A stretch of DNA of 64,000 nt, taken from IMG/VR virus record IMGVR_UViG_3300046513_000233, one strand, 5' to 3'. Below, in pieces: positions 55,352-64,000 of this stretch. The notes under the pieces were generated by a model. It was not told the DNA's origin. It searched no databases and worked only from the letters and a program-made list of their open reading frames with translations. Source of the DNA: an uncultured virus (IMG/VR IMGVR_UViG_3300046513_000233). Lineage: Duplodnaviria > Heunggongvirae > Uroviricota > Caudoviricetes. How positions within the stretch are numbered: the stretch's first letter is position 1; each line of letters begins with the position of its first letter. The position numbers and the translations under genes were made by a program.

Positions 55352-55918
55352 TCAGGTTGCACGCTGTGGGCGCGAATGTGCGAGAGCGGCATGGCGCAGC
55401 CGCTCGACTACGGCGATAAACGAACCTCGCAGCACCACAGTCCCGCCGCTGTCTTTTCCGGCCACGGCGTTGTCATCAACAGCAAGCAGCACGTCATTTA
55501 TCGCAGTTTGCAGGGTATCTGGCACTTCCTGCGGTACTGCTGGCATGTGGCCGATCAGTTCAAGGACGAACTCAAGGCTCCGCTTGCGACCCTCGTAGAA
55601 CCGTTCATTGCCCCATTGGGTCTTGTTCTCTGGATTGCGGTTTGCTGCGATGGTGTCTAGGGCACCTTGGCAATCGGTCAGTTCGCGCTTTATCTCGCCC
55701 TCGATCCCGGCAGAAGAGCATTGAACCGGGGCGATCTTCAACAACTGCCCCATCGTCTCACACAGTTCGGGGCTGGCCTGCAACGCCGCAACAGCCTCGC
55801 CAATGTCGACAACGATTGCACCGGCATTCACGAGCCGTTCGCAGTCGGAGCGGAAAGAACTGTGTCCGCAGTATTCCGCTAGCATGTCTTCGTAGATCGC
55901 TTCTTGCGCTTCGTTCAT
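55352..55918 (-). CDS. hypothetical protein
   Basis: AAGG RBS, 188-aa ORF. Confidence 0.55.
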   Translation of the reverse strand: MNEAQEAIYEDMLAEYCGHSSFRSDCERLVNAGAIVVDIGEAVAALQASPELCETMGQLLKIAPVQCSSAGIEGEIKRELTDCQGALDTIAANRNPENKTQWGNERFYEGRKRSLEFVLELIGHMPAVPQEVPDTLQTAINDVLLAVDDNAVAGKDSGGTVVLRGSFIAVVERLRHAALAHSRPQRAT

Positions 55919-55985
55919 GACGCCACCTTATCAATTAGGAAACATGCGATTACCGCAAGGAAGAGCGACCACCCTACAATCTTGC

Positions 55986-56711
55986 TCACGCCGCCTTCGC
56001 AATCGCGTCTTCAAGGTCGATTTGCGCGTTATCGTTGGCAGGCTTCAAAGCCAGCCGCTTCTTCGCTACATTGTAGTAATCGCTATCGATCTCGATACCG
56101 ACGAAGCGTCGACCGATGTTCTGGCAAGCAACGCCCGTGGTGCCGCTGCCCATGAACGGGTCAAGCACCTTCCATCCGGGCTTCGTTGAATTGCCAACGT
56201 AGCGCTGCATCAACTCAACCGGCTTTTCAGTTGGATGCATCTTGCCGCGGGGGTTGTCGCATTCGAACGACTGCTTATCGCCGGGGTTGTTGATCGGACG
56301 CGCCGGGGGTTTGTAGAAGTACAGAACGATTTCCGTATCCTTCATGTACCAACGCGAAGGCGTGCAGTTGTTCTTGATCCACGGAAGCATGCCGTGAAAT
56401 TTGAATCCGACATCCTCTGCCGCGTTCAGCATCTCGCAAAGCGTGATGTTGTTGGTCATGAAATACGCATCACGGCCCGTCCTCAGCACGCGGTAGCACT
56501 CCGCGAGGTAGTCAGCCGGCTTGATGCTGTTGTGCTTGAAAATCTTTCCGTCGTTTTTGGCGAGAATTCCGGTTGGCCTGCCGTCATCAGCGCCGATGTT
56601 CGAACCGCCAGATATCACCTTGAACGGCGGGTCTGTCAGGATCAGGTCGACGCTGGCAGCTTTCATGCTGGCCATGGTGGCGATTGCATCGCCTAGGATA
56701 AGATCGGTCAT
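55986..56711 (-). CDS. DNA methyltransferase, N4-C/N6-A beta class
   Basis: VDLILTDPPF, HPTEKP..L, VLDPFMGSGTTG.A, GIE. Confidence 0.95.
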   Translation of the reverse strand: MTDLILGDAIATMASMKAASVDLILTDPPFKVISGGSNIGADDGRPTGILAKNDGKIFKHNSIKPADYLAECYRVLRTGRDAYFMTNNITLCEMLNAAEDVGFKFHGMLPWIKNNCTPSRWYMKDTEIVLYFYKPPARPINNPGDKQSFECDNPRGKMHPTEKPVELMQRYVGNSTKPGWKVLDPFMGSGTTGVACQNIGRRFVGIEIDSDYYNVAKKRLALKPANDNAQIDLEDAIAKAA

Positions 56712-57472
56712 CGCGGAGCGACCGTGGCGTTAGGATACGGTGCATGGGGGTAGGCCGTGCCAGCCGGCACGAAAACCATCGTCTCACGTGCGCTCGTGCT
56801 CACGAGATAGAGCCAGCCACCCGGGACGGCTAACCGCGAAGTGTGGTACGGCGTGACGTTCAATACTTCCCAATTCATCACATCTCCTTCGTAGTTGGAT
56901 GTTGCTCAATCGGCACGACGCAGAAACCGTTGTCCGATAGCTCTGCGATGAACTGATCAACATCAAATGACGGATCACGATCACGATGAATCACTGAGCT
57001 TCGCGCTTCTGCGTTTTTGATCGCTTCTCGCATTTCCATTTCCACCTCCTCTAAAAATCTGGCGTACAGCCCCATCCTAAAGCGTTGCAGGCAGCACCCG
57101 AAGGTCGTACCTCGCCCCTTTGAAGAGCTTGCAACAACACGCTGCACACATTGGCCCGCAACACTAATGCGAAGCCCCCGATAGTCCGTGACGCCTAGCT
57201 TCGTCCGACCACCTGTCGCCGTCCTAGTGCTAGGATCAGGCGACCGCTTCCGTAGCCCGCTTGGGGGCAATTGATGACTCCACTTCGCAGGACTCGCTAG
57301 CAGCCTACGAAACACCGTGTTGATTCACGCGCTGGCGTACCGATCCTGTTTCCCTTGCGGGCGATCTAGCCGCGGCCGGAGTCGACCGATTAAGACGTGC
57401 GCTACTCCGCTCTAGCTTCCGCCAGTGATATCCAGTGATGCCACACCGGCCACGGCTACTAGCGCACGTCTA

Positions 57473-57685
57473 TTAGAAATCTGAAATCACGGAGTACATC
57501 ATCCCACCGAATAACATCGCCATCCCACCAAGGAATCCAATCAGGCCGATACACAAAAGCCAATCGACTGAACCCCAAGGCACGTCTACGACTGAGCCTG
57601 TGCAGATGTTGTGAATATGATTCACGCCGAAGTCGGTTGATTCTTTTAGGCACTTCGCAAGGTTGACATTCAAGTCTTCGGTCAT
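57473..57685 (-). CDS. small membrane protein
   Basis: GAGG RBS; C-terminal TM. Confidence 0.5.
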   Translation of the reverse strand: MTEDLNVNLAKCLKESTDFGVNHIHNICTGSVVDVPWGSVDWLLCIGLIGFLGGMAMLFGGMMYSVISDF

Positions 57686-57701
57686 TTCGTTTCCTCGTCT
57701 G

Positions 57702-57775
57702 TACTTACTGAAGCCGTTTCGATCGCTGCAGCGAACCGGGCGATTACATCCCGGGCAAAACGGCTTCAGTAAGTA
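57702..57775. repeat. perfect 18-bp inverted repeat
   Basis: TACTTACTGAAGCCGTTT (57702-57719) / AAACGGCTTCAGTAAGTA (57758-57775). Confidence 0.9.
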
Positions 57776-58697
57776 AAGGTGCGGTCTTTCCCGCCGTCAC
57801 ACATCTAGGCGCCCCGTGTTCGGGCCAGTTCTAAAAGATCAGTCTTTTTCATCTAAGCCCCGGCTTGACGGGGACTGCATACATAAAGAGGAGTTCTGTT
57901 AGAGCTTCATGAGAGCACCTACTTTGTTGCGAGTTCTTTGGGTTTCAATCGTCAACTTCGTTTTTCAATTTACGGGTTTACAGTGTGATACCTAGAACGG
58001 GACAACCTCCTATGTTTGGCGTGTTGCTCGCGTCGGCTTCCTTAATCCACCAACCGCGAAGTTGCCTCACGCTTCGTGTACTCACGCCGCTACACAGCGC
58101 CGCGAATTTCGTAATGACCGGGCGCGCACTTCACCTGTGCAATGCGCCACTTGTCTGAATGATAAAGCGGATGCTCGCTCTTCCACTTCGCGACGTTTGC
58201 GATGCCGTGAATTTGGCAATCGATGAACGTCAATTCGGGTGTCAGATCGGAGTTGGTAACGATCTCCTCAACCCGCGACTCCTGCGGGGCGCAATCGCGA
58301 TCGGCGGACATTGGCCCGGGGACGATCAGTTTGCACATGATGGCAACGACGGTGACGAACATCAGAAGCCCGCCGCTGCTCGGAAGGCGTGTACGATCGT
58401 ACCGAGCCAATGGCCGTAGCTCTCCGGCCAAAAGAACGCGTAGACCACGAACAGAATTCCGCCAGTAAATGGAATCACGTTCCGCGTGTTCACGTTCGAA
58501 AGGTACTGGCCGAATGCGAACCCGGCCTTGTCTGTATTGTCTGTCACTGCACCGTCCCCATGCGCAGAGGGTCAACGGCGCCAACCACGATCGGCGGCCA
58601 CTCAAAAGAAAACGGCACGCCCGACTTTCCGTCGTTGCGTGCCTTCTGGTTTTCTTGCCGCTTGGTCATTTGTCTGTCCCCTCAATGTGGGACAAGC

Positions 58698-58716
58698 TGT
58701 AGCCCGATTAGCTACA
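58698..58716. promoter_or_regulatory. type-2 operator box
   Basis: TGTAGC-ccgatta-GCTACA. Confidence 0.65.
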
Positions 58717-59186
58717 AATTACAAGACCGTTCAAGCTTTCTCCGTTGCGAACTGTTGAACGAACTGTACGAGGCGCGCGTTCAAAGGGATTGTAAACCAG
58801 TGACGCCCCGATTGGGCGCTCTTCCCATATCTGCTTGGCGAATTGCCCGCGGATGACCGCCCCCGGGTCCGTTCTCTCTGCCCACAGGTAGAGCGCGGCT
58901 AGGCGCTTCCTGTCTACGGCTCGTTGATGGTCTGGCAGCACCCTATCCGCTCTAGGGGCCTCACCCGGTGGCTGCCAGACATACCAGATAACAGCCAATT
59001 CAGAACAGGCTACAGCGAATGACTTCATGTTAAACGTAGAAAGAAGAATGCAAGTATCGACCGCGCTATGACTCATAACCCCGCCCCGAACTTTCACTTA
59101 GGTTGCAACCTGATTGTTGCGCCACCCAGTGCGCTTGTAGCCAAAACGGCTGCGGAGCGTATCCGGTTAACTACGGAGATTAAGAC

Positions 59187-59852
59187 TTATTTTAGAATTC
59201 TCGTCATGCGACGTATGATGGCCACAACTTTTACGGTTTCGCCCTCTTCTCTGCGCTTCTTCATGCCGGTAGTGTGGACAATAACGGGCCTATGACCATC
59301 GCAGAGGTATTCAGTCCGGTCTTTGTATATTTTCACCACTCGTGGGGATACTTCAATAAGACCGGAACGAGTCCGCTGGATTACGACTTGCTTTCCGTCA
59401 GTGATCTTTTCGACCGGCGCGATACAAATTAGCGTATCGCCATTGAGTATGCCGGACGAAATCATGCACTCGCCCTTCATCCGGAACGCGAAATGTTCCG
59501 CAGAAGGGTGCTCAAAGTCGGATGGAACAACAATCGTTTCAGCGTCATGTGAGTTCAATTCGTCTTGCTCCCGCCAAACGCCGGCAGCAATTTCCTTTTC
59601 AACTCTAAGCGTCTGTAGGTTTTCTAACGAACCCTGCACAGGCATGTTGGGTACGGGCTCTTCTATGTATGCAGCGATGGCCGCTAGTTCGTTGCTGAAA
59701 ATCTTCCGAGTGCCCCAAGTCATTTTGTAAACAGTCTGACGCGTCATCCGCGTTTCCAGCTTCAGCGCCTTCGTTAGCGCCGCAGCTAGGCCAACTGCGC
59801 TCTTGCCGGGTTTCTTAAGTCCTTCCTTTAGCCACTTCTCATACATTCCCAT
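59187..59852 (-). CDS. CI-like repressor (HTH plus S24/LexA-like domain)
   Basis: N-terminal HTH (LA..L...RQTVYKM..G.R.I...EL..IA.YI); IAAGVW, F.M.G.CM...I.NGD. Confidence 0.8.
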   Translation of the reverse strand: MGMYEKWLKEGLKKPGKSAVGLAAALTKALKLETRMTRQTVYKMTWGTRKIFSNELAAIAAYIEEPVPNMPVQGSLENLQTLRVEKEIAAGVWREQDELNSHDAETIVVPSDFEHPSAEHFAFRMKGECMISSGILNGDTLICIAPVEKITDGKQVVIQRTRSGLIEVSPRVVKIYKDRTEYLCDGHRPVIVHTTGMKKRREEGETVKVVAIIRRMTRILK

Positions 59853-59946
59853 CACCCTCTGAAAACTCAAAACACTACGCTAAAGTACAATCAATGTTCC
59901 CTTTCAAGCGGCGTGTCAAATTTTTAGCTTGAACACCCTAGCAATT

Positions 59947-59996
59947 TGTCGCGAATCTAGCTACACACTACCCACGATGTTGCTCGATTGGCGACA
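59947..59996. promoter_or_regulatory. tandem type-2 operator boxes in the divergent switch region
   Basis: TGTCGC-gaatcta-GCTACA (59947), TGTTGC-tcgattg-GCGACA (59978). Confidence 0.7.
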
Positions 59997-60016
59997 CTAT
60001 TTGGGGGTACTGCTAG

Positions 60017-60514
60017 ATGCAGAATGGGTTGATTGCACAAGCACTTACTAGACGTGAAGAGCGCCCGGATATTCATAAGCCTGTCGCCAAAGTTCGAAGC
60101 GGAGAATCTTTCCGCGGCAACATAGCCGAAATGGTCCGCGACCTCAAAGAGCACGTCCCCGGCCTATCAGTTAGGCAGTTGTCCACATTGATTGGCGTCA
60201 GCGTCGGCACCGTTCATAACAACCTTCCCAAGACGACAGAGGCCAATGACCATTCGGAACATTGGACGACCGACGACAACGAGTCGGCTTCAGCCGCTCA
60301 CTTGTCAGCTTTGCGTAAGCATCATGAATGCTATCGCGATGAAGTTTCGTACATCCTTTTTGACGGCAAGACCGCCGATCGCGACGAGTGGTCGACCGTG
60401 CCTGCAGTCTACACCACCCCGGAATTTCGCGACCCTTACCGCCGTGCCGATCAGTCTCACACGATCAAGCGGCCGATTACCTTAGCTACCCGCCCGTTCA
60501 GCGTCGCGGCTTAA
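60017..60514 (+). CDS. HTH-containing protein divergent from the repressor
   Basis: GLSVRQLS.LIGVSVGTVH. Confidence 0.65.
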   Translation: MQNGLIAQALTRREERPDIHKPVAKVRSGESFRGNIAEMVRDLKEHVPGLSVRQLSTLIGVSVGTVHNNLPKTTEANDHSEHWTTDDNESASAAHLSALRKHHECYRDEVSYILFDGKTADRDEWSTVPAVYTTPEFRDPYRRADQSHTIKRPITLATRPFSVAA

Positions 60515-60746
60515 ACCAAACCCCAACACACCCAAACCGAAACAACATCTGAGGAGATGTGATGCAGGATTTTGCTTATTCGCTGGATGACGAAGTCATG
60601 GTTGGCAACGTCAAAGCAAGCGTCGTTGGTGCCGCAGCATTCTCGCACAAGAGCGACGAATATCTGTTGCGGCTGATCGATGACGAAGGACTCCCGTCCG
60701 AACGTTGGTTCACTGAAAGCGCAATCAGAAAGGCGAGGACTCATTA

Positions 60747-61649
60747 ATGAATACGTTCAAGAAGGGTGACGTTGTCAGCGTGTATGGCAAGGGCCGGCAT
60801 ATCGTGGATTACATCGATGGTCCGTACGTCTATCACGACAAGGGCGGGTGCTCCTATCACGGTGACTGCAAGCTCGTGCCACAGCCGAAGTTTGGGCCGG
60901 GGGATGTTGTCAGTAACGGCAGCAGTAGCGGCGAATTCACTATCAAGTGCGTGAAGACGAGCTTCCAAGACGGAACACCGTACAACGGCGAGGCTGCTTA
61001 CGATTACGCGGACTCGTACAAGGGCGCTTGGGATTACGAGCGCCATCTGACTCTCGTCCGTCGCGCCAACCCCGCACCGACGCTTGGCGACATCGTTAGT
61101 GATGCGTTGAAGAGCCGGAGCGGTATCAAGGTTGGCGATCGCGTTCGATTGGACTCGCCCGAATATGACGACATCCCGGGCACGGTTACGTCGATTGAGT
61201 GGCCGCACTTCAAGGCTCGTTGGGACGGCGGGGGAGGCGATTCCGTTCCATTCCCGATCAAGTACGCCGTCGTTATTTCGTCAGCGCCCGGCCTCGAAAC
61301 TGTTTTTTCGGAGATCAGGGCCGGTCGCGTCATTAACGCGATCAAGGAGTATCGCGCGGTATACGGCGTCGGCCTGAAGGAAGCCAAGGACTCCGTTGAA
61401 GCGATCCGAGAGGCAATGAATTTGGCGGCCCCGGCCCCCGTATCCGCCCCACGCGACTCGATCGTGGTTCGGTTCGAGAACGGCAAGTACGAACCGAACT
61501 CGCCGCCGAAGGTGCACCCGTCGCTTGCGGAAGCCACGGCGGAAGCCGAACGGCTCGCGAAGAAAGAGCCCGGCATCGCGTTCGCAACGTTCTCGCTGAT
61601 GTCGCACAGCACCGCGACGAAGCCGACTGTTTCGACGGTGGCGAAATGA
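60747..61649 (+). CDS. multidomain protein with ribosomal bL12 C-terminal-like domain
   Basis: INAIKEYRAVYGVGLKEAKDSVE; repeated F..GD.V (KOW/SH3-like) modules. Confidence 0.7.
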   Translation: MNTFKKGDVVSVYGKGRHIVDYIDGPYVYHDKGGCSYHGDCKLVPQPKFGPGDVVSNGSSSGEFTIKCVKTSFQDGTPYNGEAAYDYADSYKGAWDYERHLTLVRRANPAPTLGDIVSDALKSRSGIKVGDRVRLDSPEYDDIPGTVTSIEWPHFKARWDGGGGDSVPFPIKYAVVISSAPGLETVFSEIRAGRVINAIKEYRAVYGVGLKEAKDSVEAIREAMNLAAPAPVSAPRDSIVVRFENGKYEPNSPPKVHPSLAEATAEAERLAKKEPGIAFATFSLMSHSTATKPTVSTVAK

Positions 61650-61776
61650 CCACAGACAAGCCGCAACAGCTTCCGCGGCGTCCACCTCCGGGCGCTGCAT
61701 ACACAACATGGGTTGCCGATGCCAAAGGCGCCCTCACCGAGCAGCCGGCGTACGTCGCGCCAGAGAGTGACGCAGC

Positions 61777-62358
61777 ATGACGGAATTTGAACCGTTTCCG
61801 AAGATCGGCCGGCTTCGCCGCGACTGCGTCGTTACGGAGAAGATTGACGGCACGAATGCACAGGTTTGCATTGTTGCAGACGGTGAACTTGACGGCGCCG
61901 TTGCCTACGTCGGCGGGTACTCGATTTATGCCGGCTCGCGTAGCCGGTGGCTGCAGCCCGGTAAAGGCAATGACAACTTTGGCTTTGCCGGCTGGGTTGT
62001 CGACAACGCCGCGGAATTGGTCAAGCTTGGCGAGGGAAGGCACTACGGCGAGTGGTGGGGCGTTGGAATCCAACGCGGCTACGATCTGACGGAGCGCCGC
62101 TTTTCCCTCTTCAACGCCTACCGCTGGCGCGAGGAACGGCCTTCGTGCTGCGGCGTGGTGCCGATCTTGTATGCCGGGCCGTTCAACACAACCGCAGTCG
62201 ATGCTGTTGTTTGGGAGTTGGAGCGAACCGGCTCCGTTGCCAAGCCTGATTTCATGAAGCCAGAGGGAATCATCGTCTATCACGCGGCGACGAAGACGTA
62301 CTTCAAGCGGCTCTTGGAGAACGACGAGATTTCCAAGGGCGAGGCGCTAGCCGCCTAG
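61777..62358 (+). CDS. RNA ligase (Rnl2-like nucleotidyltransferase domain)
   Basis: VTEKIDGTN (KxDG), GSR, DNFGFA.W, YGEWWG.GIQ, F.LF, PEGIIV. Confidence 0.85.
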   Translation: MTEFEPFPKIGRLRRDCVVTEKIDGTNAQVCIVADGELDGAVAYVGGYSIYAGSRSRWLQPGKGNDNFGFAGWVVDNAAELVKLGEGRHYGEWWGVGIQRGYDLTERRFSLFNAYRWREERPSCCGVVPILYAGPFNTTAVDAVVWELERTGSVAKPDFMKPEGIIVYHAATKTYFKRLLENDEISKGEALAA

Positions 62359-62682
62359 CTCCCCAGACGGCACCACTACCAATTGTAGCCGGCGCCGCCA
62401 AAACACCAGCCCGTTGGGCAAGTTCTGAATTTTCGAACCCGCTGTTGACCACAGTTCGGGAAACCCATATTTCTGCCAATCAGAAAGGTACGTATCAATG
62501 AACTGCGGCATCGGCATTTGGTTCGGCGTGTTCTGAGTGCTCGACATCATCCACGGCACCCTAGCATCTTTGGATGCTAGCTACTTCGTCGCTTGGATAT
62601 TTGGACTCATGCTCGCGGTAGTCGTCGCCTGCATTATCGGTCACTTTATCCTGAAACTTATTGACCACTGGAGATTTCAGAT

Positions 62683-63495
62683 TTGGCTAAATCAATTGCA
62701 TCGTTAGTTTCGACCAAGTCCGACAGGCCGCCGATTTTGTTGCTCTACGGTGTCGGCGGCGTCGGAAAGACCTCGCTTGCCGCGGAATTTCCCGACCCTG
62801 TCTATCTGCATACGCAGGGCGAAGAGCCGCCAAGCAACGTTGAGCTTGCGACCCCCGGTGTCGTCGAGTCCTACGACGAAATGATTGAACTGATGACAGA
62901 GCTTGTCGTTGGCGATCACGACCGGAAGACTGTCATTATCGATAGCCTTGACGGCTTCGAGTCGTTGGTTTGGGCGAAGACATGCGGTCGACTCGGCGTC
63001 AACTCGATTGAAGACCCCGGCTACGGCAAGGGCTACATCGAAACCGATCAGGAATGGCAGTATTTCATTGACGGTGCCTTGGCCCTGAAGCAGCGCGGAA
63101 TTTGCGTTGTGATCTTGGCTCACCCTGAAATCGTTCGTTTCGACTCGCCTATCACGGACCCGTACAGCCGATACACCGTGAAGCTTCACAAGCGAGCCAA
63201 CGCGATTATCCGTGAGAAATCCGACATCGTCGGATTCATGAACTACCGCACCACCATCAAAGAGAAGGAAGTTGCCCGGCAGAAGACAGTTGCTCACGGC
63301 GAAGGCGGCGGAGATCGGCAGATTCATCTTGAGGAACGGCCGGGCTTCCTAGCCAAGAACCGATACCAAATGCCGACAGTGATTCAATACAAGATCGGCA
63401 AGGGTTACGAAGAACTTTCGAAGCACTTCCCGGCGCCATACGGCGCTGTGGTGGCGAACGACAACACCAAGACGACCAAGAAGAAAGCAGCGTGA
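62683..63495 (+). CDS. AAA_24 / Sak4-like ATPase
   Basis: LLYG..GVGKTSLA, TVIIDSLD, GYGKGY, ILAH, AKNR. Confidence 0.85.
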   Translation: MAKSIASLVSTKSDRPPILLLYGVGGVGKTSLAAEFPDPVYLHTQGEEPPSNVELATPGVVESYDEMIELMTELVVGDHDRKTVIIDSLDGFESLVWAKTCGRLGVNSIEDPGYGKGYIETDQEWQYFIDGALALKQRGICVVILAHPEIVRFDSPITDPYSRYTVKLHKRANAIIREKSDIVGFMNYRTTIKEKEVARQKTVAHGEGGGDRQIHLEERPGFLAKNRYQMPTVIQYKIGKGYEELSKHFPAPYGAVVANDNTKTTKKKAA

Positions 63496-64000
63496 TGGGA
63501 CAGTTTAAGATTGGGGACAAGGTCACTAATAGCGGCGTTGTCGCGACGGTGATTGGAGTTGAGCAACTGCTACGCGTCGATTGGGGTAACGGCATCTTTG
63601 GTTTCTGGCCGGCTTCTTCTTTTACGCTCGTGCAGCGCAAGTTCAAGGAAGGCGATTTCGTCCGCAGTATCGCTGACGACGAAACCAATGGCACCGTTGG
63701 AGTCGTCTTCGAAGACGACGGCAGCGAGGAAGATAGCGACCCGTATTGGGTTGGTTTGTTCGATGCTGACTGCAGCGAATTTCCGTTCTCTGCACACGAG
63801 CTAATTCCTTGGGTGCCGATTGTTGGTGAACGCGTCATCGAGGCAGACGCGGACGATGACGAAGAAGGCACGATCGTTTCGGTTGCCGATGGTCGCGCGG
63901 TTGTTCTCTGGGACTCGTTCCCTCTCGCTCAAGACTGGCCATTGTCTGATCTTGAGCCGGCCGAAGAGTTCGAAGAAGACGATTTCGAAGTTGGGGACGA
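63495..64000 (+). CDS. partial protein with F..GD.V repeats (runs off the window)
   Basis: MGQFKIGDKV..., KFKEGDFV, FEVGD; open to the window end. Confidence 0.6.
   Translation, partial: MGQFKIGDKVTNSGVVATVIGVEQLLRVDWGNGIFGFWPASSFTLVQRKFKEGDFVRSIADDETNGTVGVVFEDDGSEEDSDPYWVGLFDADCSEFPFSAHELIPWVPIVGERVIEADADDDEEGTIVSVADGRAVVLWDSFPLAQDWPLSDLEPAEEFEEDDFEVGD

Larger units (their letters stand above)
1..64000. mobile_element. Temperate siphovirus genome segment (alphaproteobacterial host)
   Basis: Contains integrase, repressor, terminase, portal, HK97 capsid, tail, lysis and replication genes. No host-chromosome segment or prophage boundary is visible. Confidence 0.95.

Noticed and set aside
55986..56711. 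Complete restriction-modification system
   Set aside because: No adjacent restriction endonuclease; the MTase appears to be an orphan.
61034..62283. Long minus-strand ORFs (210 and 313 aa) and similar antisense ORFs such as 46586-47371
   Set aside because: They are shadow frames of well-supported genes on the other strand in GC-rich DNA, with no RBS or motifs.

Overview
The whole window is a temperate alphaproteobacterial siphovirus, probably infecting Bradyrhizobium/Nitrobacteraceae (an inference), seen in its free or circular arrangement with an attP-like site internal to the sequence. From left to right: excisionase, tyrosine integrase and a putative attP (1-5.1 kb); a plus-strand accessory array of small gene cassettes (5.7-12 kb); and a long minus-strand late region (46 to 12 kb). 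The late region holds HNH/terminase, head spike, portal, ClpP protease, HK97 capsid, neck, tail tube, frameshifted chaperone, tape measure, tail tip and fibres, lysis genes and a nucleotide-metabolism cluster. Next come a tRNA and structured-RNA array (47.5-49.1 kb), a primase-polymerase replication module, an HD hydrolase, a DNA methyltransferase, an S24 repressor, and early genes for a bL12-like domain protein, an RNA ligase and an AAA_24 ATPase. Five observations stand out. (1) Two circularly permuted, anticodon-less tRNA mimics (T arm, closed acceptor stem, D arm) sit among the tRNAs. (2) Nine copies of a sigma70 promoter carry the palindrome TAGGGC-N5-GCCCTA in the spacer, each heading a gene cassette, with a candidate HTH regulator in an antisense island inside the head-tail operon. 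(3) A second, independent operator TGTNGC-N7-GCNACA occurs near the repressor and elsewhere. (4) Several proteins end in genome-encoded ssrA-like ANDN...AA tails. (5) There are five Rmf/CrpP-like miniproteins. All protein calls rest on motif recognition by eye; no database search was run.
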